Assembly: GCA_965262365.1 (NCBI GenBank)
Contig: OZ253541.1
Span: forward strand, 5,015,989 to 5,079,988
Direction of reading: 5' to 3'
From: Candidatus Rariloculaceae bacterium
GTDB taxonomy: Bacteria > Pseudomonadota > Gammaproteobacteria > Steroidobacterales > Rariloculaceae
Length of the DNA: 64,000 nucleotides
Shown here: positions 1 to 9,650 of the stretch, one piece after another
Position numbering within the stretch: the first letter of the stretch is position 1
How the letters are laid out: every line of letters starts with the position of its first letter
Made by a program: the position numbers and the translations under genes
Notes under the pieces: generated by a model
Told to the model about the DNA's origin: nothing
Database searches by the model: none
The model's input: the letters and a program-made list of their open reading frames with translations, nothing else

Positions 1-262
1 TTTGGTCGGTTTATCTTCCTGGTGAAACGTCTGACGTGGTGGATTAATCCGGCACGGCCAAGTCGGCGTTGACGTAGCGTTATCCACGGGCTGTCCACGG
101 GCGCGGGCCCTTGGTCAGCCCTGTCGCCGGTGGGCAGGCGGTGGATAACGCGGTGCTGGCGCGACCGACGTGGGGGCGGGGCACTGGGTTAACCTGAGCG
201 CTTCCTGGATGGAAAGGGAGGGTGGCCCGCGCGGGACGACGATTCCCGCCGGGCCGTGGCCG

Positions 263-886
263 GTGCAGCTTCGGTATCCAACGGGGCTTACCGGCGAGCA
301 ATACGTTAAACGCCGTGCATGGCGCGATGCAACCCTTGAGCGGTGTCCGAACCATCCGCGGGGCGGTTGTTCCTTCGCCCGCCACGGGACCTACCCGCGC
401 AAGCGCCCGCGCGGGACGCGCGTTGCCCGCTGGTACTGTCCTGAGAGTCACATGACGTTCAGCCGGTTGCCGGATTGCCTGGCGGCGAGGCTGGGGGGCA
501 CGCTGCAGGCGGTCGAAGAGGCGGTGGTTGAGGCGGAGGCCGCGCCCAGTCTCGCCAAGGCGGCCGACGCGCTGCGGCGCGACGCGGTGCATCTGCCCGG
601 GGCGATGCGCTGGCTGGGCCGCCGGGTGCGGGCGGTGCATCGGAACCTGGCGGCGGTTCGGGGGCTGTGGCCGGAGCGGTTCCTGAAGTGTCCCCCGGAA
701 GTTGGGGCGTTCCGGGAGCGGCTCAAGACCGAGGCGGTGCTGGTGGGGCTGCGCGGGCGGTGCGAGGGGCGCCTGGCGCGGCTGGCGCCGCCGTTGGGCT
801 TTTGTCCTGACGTGCCGGCGCCGGGGACCGCTCTGGCGGTCGTCCAACACGGGACGGGGCCTGATCCACCGGCTTGCAGGCGCTAA
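263..886 (+). CDS. Transposon accessory protein with Cys/His Zn-ribbon (CPNHPRGGC...WYCP) and helical C-terminus
   Basis: ORF 170..886, probable GTG start at 263; sits upstream of the transposase like the Zn-ribbon ORF at 39189. Confidence 0.6.
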   Translation: MQLRYPTGLTGEQYVKRRAWRDATLERCPNHPRGGCSFARHGTYPRKRPRGTRVARWYCPESHMTFSRLPDCLAARLGGTLQAVEEAVVEAEAAPSLAKAADALRRDAVHLPGAMRWLGRRVRAVHRNLAAVRGLWPERFLKCPPEVGAFRERLKTEAVLVGLRGRCEGRLARLAPPLGFCPDVPAPGTALAVVQHGTGPDPPACRR

Positions 887-933
887 CGTGGCCACCGTGA
901 ACCGCGCAAGACCCCGGGGAGGCCGCCGAGACC

Positions 934-2265
934 ATGACCGAGCACGACGAGAAGCTGCGAGAGGCCGTGGCGCTGTTCCGCTACGGGCTGATCGCGGACT
1001 TGGCGCACCTGCCCCGCGGCGCCCGCGGCATCGGTGAGAAGCTGAAAGAAAAGGCCGCCGGGACCTACGCGATCCCCGGCACGCACCGCACCCGGGTGGC
1101 CGCGGAGACGATACGCAAGTGGCTGGTGACGTACCGCTACGGTGGCTTCGAGGCGCTGTACCCGAAACGTCGCTCGGACCTGGGCCGGCCCCGGCGCATG
1201 CCCGCGGAGGTCGCCGAGGCGCTGGTGGCGATCAAGACCCGGCGCCCCGGCTACTCCGTGCGCGCGGTCATCGCCCACGCCGCCGAGCACGGGCTGGTGA
1301 GCGAGGCGGCGATGCCCTCGGCGTCCACCGTGCAGCGGTTGCTGCGCCGCGAGGGGCTGACGGGCCGGGCCGCCGCGCAGGGACCCGCCACGGACCGGCG
1401 CCGCTTCAACTATCGCCGGGCGGGCCAACTCTGGATGAGCGATGTAATGCACGGGCCGAAGGTCCCTGACGGTCGCCGCCGGCGCAAGACCTTCCTCATC
1501 GCCTTCATCGACGACGCCACCCGCGTCATTCCCCACGCCGCGTTCGCCTTCGCCGAGAACACCGCCGCGTTCCTGCCGGTGTTCAAGCACGCGCTGCTGC
1601 GCCGCGGACTCACCGAGCGCCTCTACGTGGACAACGGGGCGAATTACCGCTCCCGCCACCTCGCGCTGGTGTGCGCCAAGCTCGGCATTGCGCTCATCCA
1701 CGCCCGCCCGTATCAACCGGCCGGCAAGGGCAAGATCGAACGCTGGTTCCGCACCCTGCGCGCCGGCTGGCTGCGCCATCTGGATGTGGGCTCGATCGAC
1801 GGGATCGAGGCGTTGAACCGTGCGCTGGCCGGCTGGGTGGAGGGCGAATACCATCAGTCCCCGCACCGCGGACTGGACGGTCAGACCCCGCTGGACCGCT
1901 GGGCCGGGACCGCCGCCGAGGTGCGCTACCCGGACGCCGCCGGGCTGGATCTGGACGAGCTGTTCCTGTTCGAGACCAAACGCCGCGTGCTCAAGGACCG
2001 CACCCTGAGTCTGCACGGGCGCCTCTACGAGGCCGACGCGATCCTCATCGGGCAAACCGTCACCGTGCGATACGATCCGGCCGCCCCGCCCACCCGGGCG
2101 CTGCAACTGGTGCACGAGGGACGTCCCGCGGGCCTGGCCACGCCGCTGGACGCCTACGCCAACACCGCCGTGAAACGCGAGCGCCGCTGCGGGCGCATCG
2201 AGCCCGGGGAGCCGCAACCGCCGCGCTCGCCGCTGAGCATCCGCCGACTGAAGGAGGAAGACTGA
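934..2265 (+). CDS. DDE (rve/Mu-type) transposase
   Basis: Motifs WMSDVMHG, FIDDATR, LYVDNGANY, PYQPAGKGKIERWF; N-terminal HTH; Mu-like C-terminal domain. Confidence 0.92.
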   Translation: MTEHDEKLREAVALFRYGLIADLAHLPRGARGIGEKLKEKAAGTYAIPGTHRTRVAAETIRKWLVTYRYGGFEALYPKRRSDLGRPRRMPAEVAEALVAIKTRRPGYSVRAVIAHAAEHGLVSEAAMPSASTVQRLLRREGLTGRAAAQGPATDRRRFNYRRAGQLWMSDVMHGPKVPDGRRRRKTFLIAFIDDATRVIPHAAFAFAENTAAFLPVFKHALLRRGLTERLYVDNGANYRSRHLALVCAKLGIALIHARPYQPAGKGKIERWFRTLRAGWLRHLDVGSIDGIEALNRALAGWVEGEYHQSPHRGLDGQTPLDRWAGTAAEVRYPDAAGLDLDELFLFETKRRVLKDRTLSLHGRLYEADAILIGQTVTVRYDPAAPPTRALQLVHEGRPAGLATPLDAYANTAVKRERRCGRIEPGEPQPPRSPLSIRRLKEED

Positions 2266-3065
2266 TGTACCTGCGCCACTTCGCCCTGACCCGCCTGCCG
2301 TTCGAAACCCCCGCGCACACCGACGAGCTGTTCCGCTGCGGCTCCCATCGCGAGGCCGAGGCGCGGCTCAAGCACCTCATCGATCTGCGCGGTATCGGGC
2401 TGCTGACCGGGGAGTCCGGCAGCGGCAAGACCAGCGTGTGCCGCCACGTCACCGGTGCGTTGCACCCGGGGCTGTTCCGGGTGTGCTACGTGGCGCTGTC
2501 CACCGGCAACGTGATGGACATGTACAAGAGCATCGGCTGGGAACTGGGCCTGCCTACCGAGCACGCCCGCGCCGCGGCCTACCGCGCCATCCAGACCGAG
2601 ATCACCCGCCTGGTCGGGGAGGCCAAGCAACAACCGGTGCTCGTCATCGACGAGGCTCACCACCTCAGAGCCGACGTGATCGAGGACCTCAGGCTGCTGA
2701 CCAACTTCGACATGGACTCCGCCCCCAGGCTGTGCCTGGTGCTCATCGGACTGACCGAACTGCGCCGGCGCCTGAGCATGGCCGTGCACGAATCGATGCA
2801 ACAGCGACTCATCGTTCAACACCACCTGCGCGGGCTGGAGCGCGAGGAACTGGACCCCTACCTCGCCCACCGGCTGCGCCTGGCCGGGTGCGAAATGCCC
2901 CTGTTCGATCCCCCCGCCATCGAGGCGCTGTACCAGGCCGCCCGCGGACTGCCGCGGCTCATCAACCGCATCGCCCACTACGCGCTCTCGGCCGCGGCGG
3001 TCGAGCAAGCGCGTACCGTGGACGCCGAACACCTGGCCCGCGCCGTCGAGGATCTGCGGCCATGA
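2265..3065 (+). CDS. ExeA/TniB-type AAA+ ATPase (transposition helper)
   Basis: Walker A GESGSGKT, Walker B LVIDEAH, GLPRLIN; TGATG coupling to the transposase stop. Confidence 0.9.
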   Translation: MYLRHFALTRLPFETPAHTDELFRCGSHREAEARLKHLIDLRGIGLLTGESGSGKTSVCRHVTGALHPGLFRVCYVALSTGNVMDMYKSIGWELGLPTEHARAAAYRAIQTEITRLVGEAKQQPVLVIDEAHHLRADVIEDLRLLTNFDMDSAPRLCLVLIGLTELRRRLSMAVHESMQQRLIVQHHLRGLEREELDPYLAHRLRLAGCEMPLFDPPAIEALYQAARGLPRLINRIAHYALSAAAVEQARTVDAEHLARAVEDLRP

Positions 3066-3271
3066 TCGATCCCGATCCCCGGCCCGAGCAGATCAGCGAC
3101 GAGGCCGCCGCGCACATGGCCGAGTGCCTGCAACGCATCGCCTATGACTTCGAAGGCCGCTACTACGGCCAGATCAGGCGCCACGCAGAATCCATCCGGC
3201 CGCCCCCGTGCCCCGCCGAGTCCTGCCACGAACGCCAGCTGCACCTGTTCGGCGAACCCCGCCCGTTCTGA
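3062..3271 (+). CDS. Small hypothetical protein of the transposon (69 aa)
   Basis: ATGA overlap with the ATPase stop; conserved in the second copy (23737-23946). Confidence 0.55.
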   Translation: MIDPDPRPEQISDEAAAHMAECLQRIAYDFEGRYYGQIRRHAESIRPPPCPAESCHERQLHLFGEPRPF

Positions 3272-3465
3272 ATCCGCGCCCAAACGGACCCGCCAACGCC
3301 GGCCGATCCTTCGGATCGGACCGGGTCGTGCCCCTCCATCACCCAACCGCCGTCGCGGCGACCGGCCTGCGATGGTCGGCAAAAGCAAAACAATGTGACC
3401 AATCCGGCCTCAACCGTGACCGGATAATCCGACAAATCCGTGTCGGTCTAGTCTGACCAACAACA

Positions 3466-3725
3466 ACGCCCATGCCGACAGGATGTTCACACACGGCGAC
3501 GAGCGAACGGCGGACCGCGTTTCGATGTACATGTTGGAGCGCGCAGGCGTCGATCCGCACGCGGCAATCGACTTTTGGCGAACCATGGCGTTGGAGAGTC
3601 CCGAAGCGATGCCGTTCGACGAACGCCACCCGGTCAATGCGAGGAGACTCGACGGCCTCGACAGCGCGCTCGCCGAGGTCGCGGCGAAGCGGAAGGCCGG
3701 CCAGCCCATGGTTCCCAATCCCTAG
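3466..3725 (+). pseudogene. C-terminal remnant of an M48-family metalloprotease, cut by the transposon end
   Basis: ERTADRVSMYMLERAGVDPHAAIDFW...HP..RRL matches the M48 C-terminal pattern; the HEXXH-bearing N-terminal part is missing. Confidence 0.6.
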
Positions 3726-4099
3726 TGCGCGGGTTTCGTGTCCGGTAGTGCCCGTGCGCGGGCCAGATGTGCAGCTGTGCCGGAAGGGTCTCAGGGCCCT
3801 GCTCGGCGACCGCTTCCGCATGGCGCGCGTGGTAGGCGAACGCGGGTCGTCAGTTCGATTCCGAATACGACCAGCATCGTGATCAGGATTGGCCAAACGC
3901 CGAAACGCGAGAAGGGCGTTGCCCCGGACGTCCGACGGAGGCGTCCCTCGAGCACGTCTGCGACGTGGCGGGGCAGCGACGCGGTCAGTTGGCCGCTCGG
4001 GTCCCGGGTCACAGACACCGCGCGCGCCCTGGCCGGGTCCCACACCGAAACCCTGTCGGGTGACTCCTGCGGCTTGTCGGTCCGCGCGCACTACGCGCA

Positions 4100-4195
4100 T
4101 TTAATATCACGATATTCATGTTTATAATGTATAGTGCAGAACAATCTACACATATCTTGTATTTTGATGGTTGATATTCATCATTAGTGTGATTA
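4100..4195 (+). promoter_or_regulatory. AT-rich promoter/operator region of the abiEi-abiEii operon
   Basis: Sharp AT-rich island containing TATAAT (~4123) and a repeated GATATTCAT, directly upstream of the antitoxin. Confidence 0.4.
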
Positions 4196-4999
4196 ATGGA
4201 TCGAAAAATACAAAACACCGGACTGGCTCTGGCGGATGACCTGATCGCCGACGGCAAACATTTCTTTACGTTTGCGGAGGCTCGAAGACGCTTGGGCTGC
4301 TCGCCGGCGGCGGCCGGCAACCTTCTAAAACGCATGCTCGCCGCCGGTCTGATCGACCGCGTTCGCCATGGCCATTATGTCGTGCGGCAACTCGGCGTGC
4401 TGGGTATCCCGTGCGTGGCCGAAGACGTCGCCCTGGCGGTGGCCGCCGCATTTGACGGTACCGCGCATCGCATGGCGTACCGGAGCGCGTTGGACGAACA
4501 CGATCTCATCGTCCATCCCTCGCGCACGATTTACGTCGCCAGCACGGCACAAATGCGCGCAAGGACCCTGTCCGGCCGGGCGTTATACATCGTCCGGGAA
4601 GCGAGCGCCACGCTCGATGTGGGCGCCATCGCCTGCGGGCCATCGCGCGTCTCGGACACTGAACGGGCCCTGCTCGATGCCGCACGACGTCCGAAGCTGG
4701 TCGGCGGCGTGGCCGTTGTGGCCGAAGCCATCGTGGCGGGGGGCAGCCGGGTGGATGCCAAACGGTTGGCTCACTACGCGAGAAGGCTCGGCTGGGCGAT
4801 GGCGCTGCGCCGCATCGGATCAATCGCCGACGTTCTGGAGGTCGCCGGCCTGGCTGGACGCTTGCGCCCGTTCAGGCCGATAAGGTCGGATCTCGACCTC
4901 GAACCGGGTGCACCGGCGCCGCACGCATGGCGCGACACACGCTGGCACGTGCGCTGGCCGCAACCGGTCGATGAAATCCGTGCCGTCGCGCACCAATGA
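4196..4999 (+). CDS. abiEi: Type IV TA antitoxin, AbiEi family transcriptional regulator
   Basis: N-terminal wHTH ending RVRHGHY; SALDEHDL, SDTERALLDA and LRRIG motifs; overlaps the AbiEii gene. Confidence 0.8.
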   Translation: MDRKIQNTGLALADDLIADGKHFFTFAEARRRLGCSPAAAGNLLKRMLAAGLIDRVRHGHYVVRQLGVLGIPCVAEDVALAVAAAFDGTAHRMAYRSALDEHDLIVHPSRTIYVASTAQMRARTLSGRALYIVREASATLDVGAIACGPSRVSDTERALLDAARRPKLVGGVAVVAEAIVAGGSRVDAKRLAHYARRLGWAMALRRIGSIADVLEVAGLAGRLRPFRPIRSDLDLEPGAPAPHAWRDTRWHVRWPQPVDEIRAVAHQ

Positions 5000-5763
5000 T
5001 CACCCGCGCGCATATCACTCGCCGTGCCGCCGCCGCCGCTGTCCCGGCCCAGACGGTGGAACGCGACTACGTTCTGGCCCATATCGTGGCGGGTCTTGCG
5101 TCGCTCGAGGGGGACACCGGACTGGTGCTCAAGGGCGGGACCGCCTTGCGCTTGTGTCATTTCGCCGATTACCGTTACTCGGCGGATCTGGATTTCTCGA
5201 TTGTTTCCGGATCCAGGGAAGACGCTTACGAAACGATTGCGCGGGCGCTGGTTGCAACCGTCGGCGACATAGAGGGTTTGCGAATCACCGGGCATGAGCC
5301 GCCAAGAATTGCCTACGTCGGACCATTGAACCGGGAACGCACGTTGAAGCTCGACCTCTCCGATGACGAACTCGTGTTGGACACCGAACCAAGATCGCTG
5401 TTGCCGCATTGGCCGGATCTGCCGCAGAATCCGACGGCACCGGTCTACACACTGACTGAAATTGCCGGCGAAAAGCTGAGATGCGTCCTGCAGCGTCTTC
5501 AGTGTCGCGATCTCTTCGATCTGTGGTTGCTGTTCTGCGACGACCGCGTTGACGCCATCGATGCCGCCGAATCGTTTCGGCCGAAGGCGCGACACCGCGG
5601 CATCGACCCCGCGGCTTTTCCCGCTCGATACGCACAACGACTGCTGCAGTACCGTCAACGCTGGGAACGCGAGCTCGCCGAACACGTTCCTGGCAATGTT
5701 CCGCACTTCGATGCGGTCGTGCGCCGCGTGAACCGAGAACTGCGGCGAGCCGGGTTGCTATAG
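4996..5763 (+). CDS. abiEii: Type IV TA toxin, AbiEii/AbiGii nucleotidyltransferase
   Basis: VERDY, LKGGTAL, RYSADLDF, EKL..RDLFDL signature motifs. Confidence 0.9.
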   Translation: MITRAHITRRAAAAAVPAQTVERDYVLAHIVAGLASLEGDTGLVLKGGTALRLCHFADYRYSADLDFSIVSGSREDAYETIARALVATVGDIEGLRITGHEPPRIAYVGPLNRERTLKLDLSDDELVLDTEPRSLLPHWPDLPQNPTAPVYTLTEIAGEKLRCVLQRLQCRDLFDLWLLFCDDRVDAIDAAESFRPKARHRGIDPAAFPARYAQRLLQYRQRWERELAEHVPGNVPHFDAVVRRVNRELRRAGLL

Positions 5764-5787
5764 CCATTGCGACAAACGCGTGTCGTA

Positions 5788-6196
5788 CATGGCCCGTCGT
5801 CCTGCGCGCCGGTCACTCGGTGAGCTCCAGCGCGATCCCCGAGCTTTCCGCGCATTCGCCCGTCACCGTGCTCGGCCACAATTGACGGCCATGCCAGCAC
5901 CTGCCAGCATTTCTATCCGTGACTGATCGGGAGCGGTAGATGCCCAGCCTCAGCGTTAGAAAACTCGACGATAGTACCCTGCAAGAACTGCGGGCGCGCG
6001 CTACGCGGCACGGTGTGTCGATGGAAGAAGAAGCCCGGCGCATCATCCGTCTCGCTGTCTCGGCACCGGAGCGGCTTGGCGATTTTGCCGTCCGGTTGTT
6101 TTCACCGGCATACGGCGGGGACGATCTTGAACTGCCCGCCCGCCAATCCAGCAACCCGATGAAATTTCCGGAGTGATTATCCTCGACACCAACGTC
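5788..6196 (+). repeat. Duplicated fitA/5'-vapC segment (copy 1; copy 2 at 13883-14291)
   Basis: Near-identical sequence by direct comparison. Confidence 0.85.
5940..6176 (+). CDS. FitA-like ribbon-helix-helix antitoxin
   Basis: MPSLSVRKLDD..LRARATRHGVSMEEEARRII RHH pattern; GTGA overlap with the PIN gene start. Confidence 0.85.
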   Translation: MPSLSVRKLDDSTLQELRARATRHGVSMEEEARRIIRLAVSAPERLGDFAVRLFSPAYGGDDLELPARQSSNPMKFPE

Positions 6197-6200
6197 GATC
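6173..6200 (+). pseudogene. vapC: VapC/PIN toxin truncated after about 8 codons
   Basis: Reads VIILDTNV, then homology to the 14268 copy stops. Confidence 0.7.
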
Positions 6201-6568
6201 TGTTGAGCGCCGCCGCCCGGTCCGGACCAAGCCTCCGATGTCGTCGCCATCGACCCAACTCCCCAAATTGTCAGACCTTCCAAGCCCTTAACATCCATTA
6301 TATTGCTTGGCGCACACCAGTGTGCGCCGCCGAATAAACCGACAATCTCAGATTGCTGCTGGCGCTAAACGAGTCGATCGGCGATACGCCGCGATTCGGC
6401 CTGCGCCAGAGTCGATCTGCAGTTTGCCGTCGACACGGACCCGGCCTCCGTCCTCTACGACTGTCGCAAAATTGACAAGCCGGATAAAGGGCCCTTGCTC
6501 CAGTATTGCCGGGATCGGATTGGATTGACCGCCCCGTATCTGCCCGGCGCCACTTGCCTGCCCGATCC

Positions 6569-7411
6569 TCAGTGCACGCCGCAGCAGCGATCGTATCGTC
6601 GCTCCGACCCGCAGCCGCACGGCTCGTCGCGCCCCGCCTTCTCCCCGGTTGCTCCCGGCAGGCCCGGTACGAGCCGTTCACCCGCGCCTGGCCCGCGTGA
6701 ATGCTTGCGCGCGTCAAGATCGCGCACCATCCCGCCGATCAGCGTCGGCGCCATGCTCACCAGCAGGTCCAGCCCCTTTTCCGCCAATTCGGACGTCCCG
6801 TTCGCTGCCGCGTACAAGGTGTGGATCACTTCAACCGCCTCGGTCACGTCCTGCTCGTCGTTGCGCTTGATTTGCTCCCAGGTCTCGGGGCGCAACCCCA
6901 TCGCGCTCTCGAACCCGCGGATCCACTCGATCCAGAACACCTCGTCCGTTATCTCGTCCACCTCCAGCACCGGCCCGTAGTTCTCCGGCTCGTACGCCAG
7001 CGTGCGGGCGACGCCGTTGTAATGTCCGATCAGCGCCGCGACCGTCGCCTCGGCCTCTTCGATGCTCTCGAATTCCGTCTCGGGTCCCCACACCACCGGC
7101 AACCATTCCGACGGCGGGACGATCTGCGCACACACCAGCAGCCCCGTCACGAACCCGTCCATCTCCCCGACCGTCATCGCCGCGCCCTCCGGGCCCAGCT
7201 CGTTGAGCGTCACCGCCAGCCGTTGCAGGGCCTCGGCGATCTTCTGCGCCACCGGGTCGGCCCGGCGGGCGGCAGACGCTTTCTCCTGCTGTGCCGCCCA
7301 CTTGGAAAAAACCTCATCGCCCAGCGCGCCGCCGACCGATTTTCGAAGCGCGTTCAATTTTCTCAATTGCCCCTTGGTCAGTCCGCTTTCATCAATCGCC
7401 ATGGGTGTCAT
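6569..7411 (-). CDS. UPF0149/YecA-family protein with SEC-C motif, fused in frame to the N-terminus of the upstream small gene
   Basis: MDGFVTGLLV..PSEWLPVVWG, WIRGF, GRDEPCGCGSERRYDRCCG; fusion is evident against the 14820-15847 copy. Confidence 0.8.
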   Translation of the reverse strand: MTPMAIDESGLTKGQLRKLNALRKSVGGALGDEVFSKWAAQQEKASAARRADPVAQKIAEALQRLAVTLNELGPEGAAMTVGEMDGFVTGLLVCAQIVPPSEWLPVVWGPETEFESIEEAEATVAALIGHYNGVARTLAYEPENYGPVLEVDEITDEVFWIEWIRGFESAMGLRPETWEQIKRNDEQDVTEAVEVIHTLYAAANGTSELAEKGLDLLVSMAPTLIGGMVRDLDARKHSRGPGAGERLVPGLPGATGEKAGRDEPCGCGSERRYDRCCGVH

Positions 7412-7955
7412 CCTCCTTTTTCCTGTCTCGATGCGAATTTGCGGCGCTCATGATACCGGGAATGTTGCTTGAAACATTCCACGGTCGATGTTGCGCCGCA
7501 GATGATGTTGAGGTCGTCATGGAGCCCCTGTTGCCGGGCAGGTATTTCACCAGGCGTCGCGCTTTCCGGGGCACAGACACCGCGCGCGACGTGGCCGGGT
7601 CCCACACCGGGACCCCGTCGGGCGACACCTGCGGCTCTTGGATCGCCGCCGTGCCGACGCCGAGCCGGTTCAGCGACCCGCGGTCGCGCTATGCGGTAGC
7701 GTGCAGCGCGGCGCGCGCGCCTCAAACCACGCGTGATCGGAACCGTCGGCCTGCACCAGCTCCCCCAGACACGCCCGCCGCGGACGCCGTTGATGAACCC
7801 GTCCGGAGCCCTCCGAGGCCACTTGCGCCACGTCGTTGCGGGCGGGAACGCCGTGGCAGGCCAACTGCAGCACAGGCTGCAGCCGCCGCGAAATTGACGA
7901 AGTAGACGCAATAGACGAATATGACAATGTGGCAACTAAGCTTGGGAGAACGTTC

Positions 7956-8558
7956 ATGACACCGACCGAGCTCGTGCAGGCGCGCGAACTGCAAGACGTG
8001 CTTCATGACGCCGCCGGACATCTCAGTCCGACGCATGTGACCGCGCTGCTCGCCCATCCGCACGCCGTGCGCGCTGCGCTCGCCGCCGCCGCGGACGCGC
8101 TGTCGATGAGCGATCGGGAGCGGCCGTCTGCGGTTGAGACGATTGAGGGTGATGCGCCATTGCTGCTCGGCGCTGCGGAATCGCGGCGACGCCTGACGGA
8201 GCGGGCGCGCGAGGCGGTGCCGGAGACATTGCTGACCTCGGACGAACTCGCGGCGCGAGCTGGACTGAAGTCCCGCCAGTCGGTCCATGACTGGCGGAAG
8301 AAGGGCAGGATCGTCGGGTGGCAGAATGCCAGGCGGGGTTATGTTTTCCCGGCCGCGCAGTTCGACGGGCGCAACCGTCCACTGCCGGGCCTGGACCGCA
8401 TTGTAGGGCAGTTCCGCGACGGCTATGCCGCGTGGGTCTGGCTGTCGACACCGCGGCCGTCGCTTGACGGGGCGATGCCGCTCGAGCTCTTGGCTGGCGG
8501 CGAGATCGACCTTGTGACGGAAGCTCTACGGGGAGACCGGCAAGGCGACTTTGCGTGA
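7956..8558 (+). CDS. Xre/MbcA/ParS-type antitoxin (HTH plus DUF2384-like toxin-binding domain)
   Basis: ELAARAGLKSRQSVHDWRKKGRI HTH; YVFPAAQF and AWVWLSTPRPSLDGAMPLELL motifs; RBS GGGAG. Confidence 0.75.
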   Translation: MTPTELVQARELQDVLHDAAGHLSPTHVTALLAHPHAVRAALAAAADALSMSDRERPSAVETIEGDAPLLLGAAESRRRLTERAREAVPETLLTSDELAARAGLKSRQSVHDWRKKGRIVGWQNARRGYVFPAAQFDGRNRPLPGLDRIVGQFRDGYAAWVWLSTPRPSLDGAMPLELLAGGEIDLVTEALRGDRQGDFA

Positions 8559-8670
8559 GCCGCGGCTACGACCCCGATCGGCTGCGCGCAGGGCTGTGCA
8601 CGGTGCGCCTGGAACGCGTTTTCCGCGTGATCCATCGAAGCCATCGCGCCTCGTTGCTCGCCGCCGCCAG
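8555..8670 (+). pseudogene. Truncated RES-domain toxin (N-terminus only)
   Basis: GTGA overlap with the antitoxin; VFRVIHRSH resembles a RES N-terminus; sequence becomes unrelated afterwards. Confidence 0.5.
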
Positions 8671-9167
8671 TGTTGTTGGGCACATTCTTCCACTGACCCA
8701 CCGAGCCATTTGGTCGGGCTGTTCAACACGATTTTGCGGCCCTCGTCGGCGATGTGCGCGATAAGGCCGTGACCCTTCCCCTCGAACCCATTCGATAACC
8801 GCGATCTTCGGCTCGCGACGAGCGCCCGAAATCCAAACACGTCCAATATAGGCGACTCGCGCGCCCGAGTATCTTCCCAATATTGGGGGGATGTGGCGTT
8901 TATATTCCTATGGGATTAATGAAGTTACGGAAAGGCGCGCGCCGAGTCGCGGTGGCTCGTGGCCTCAGCGACGGAACTGCGGCGCGCTGCCCAGCGAATG
9001 CACGAGCCGCACCAGGTCCGCCTGCCGCGACAGGTGGTGCCAGGCGAACATGCGCTTTACACGCGAGTCGATCGTGCCTACGTTGCGGCCCGTCAGCTGC
9101 AGCTGCTGCCCTGGGCGTTTACGCCAATCTCACGCTGAAAGCCAGGTGGTGTAGAGACACCGCTTAC

Positions 9168-9650
9168 GACCTTATAAAGCGATCTCGCAATGCAATCCGA
9201 CGCAAAGGCTCAGCGGCGTTCTCGGGGCCGGGCCTCGTTAACATTCAGTGCGCGACCGTCCAGGCTCTTGCCGTTGAGTTGCGCGACCGCCGCTTCGGCC
9301 TCAGCCTGGTTCGGCATCTCGACAAAACCGAACCCTCTGGCCCGTCCGGTTTCACGGTCAGTCAGGACGTTGACGGAGGACACCTCACCGAACTCTGCGA
9401 AGGCATCGCGCAATGCGGACTCCGTCAAGGAATAGGATAAATTTCCGACATATATATTCATCAGGACAAGCTCTCTCGCCGCACATCGTTTGAAAAGCCA
9501 CTTGATCGACAGCGTGAGATCGAGCGCTCGATGAGCCCGCTTCACCTCGAAGCCGACTCTTAACCGTCCATTGCCTGGCAACCACCCGCCAGGAATGACT
9601 CGCCACTGTAAGGGAAAACCAACGGGGGGAGCAACATCCGCTCGCCCTAT
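9168..9650. repeat. 483-bp duplication containing the RRM gene and its upstream region (copy 2 at 25331-25813)
   Basis: Only a few substitutions between the two copies. Confidence 0.9.
9210..9461 (-). CDS. Single-domain RRM (RNP-1) RNA-binding protein, 83 aa
   Basis: RNP2 IYVGNL, RNP1 RGFGFVEM, VNEARPR end. Confidence 0.93.
   Translation of the reverse strand: MNIYVGNLSYSLTESALRDAFAEFGEVSSVNVLTDRETGRARGFGFVEMPNQAEAEAAVAQLNGKSLDGRALNVNEARPRERR

Larger units (their letters stand above)
1..3465 (+). mobile_element. Four-gene Mu/IS21-like DDE transposon (Zn-ribbon ORF, DDE transposase, ExeA-type AAA ATPase, small ORF); left end at or just before the window edge
   Basis: Right end ...GTCTGACCAACAACA (3451-3465, reads TGTTGTTGGTCAGAC inward) is shared exactly with the second copy at 23542. 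The subterminal motif GGATTA(A)TCCGG(T)CACGG occurs near both ends. Confidence 0.8.

Noticed and set aside
4012-4075. Dispersed ~60-bp repeat (also 7573-7636) as a regulatory element
   Set aside because: The differences fit a shared coding fragment (SPD.V.VWDPA..RAVSV) on the minus strand, so these are remnants of a duplicated gene.
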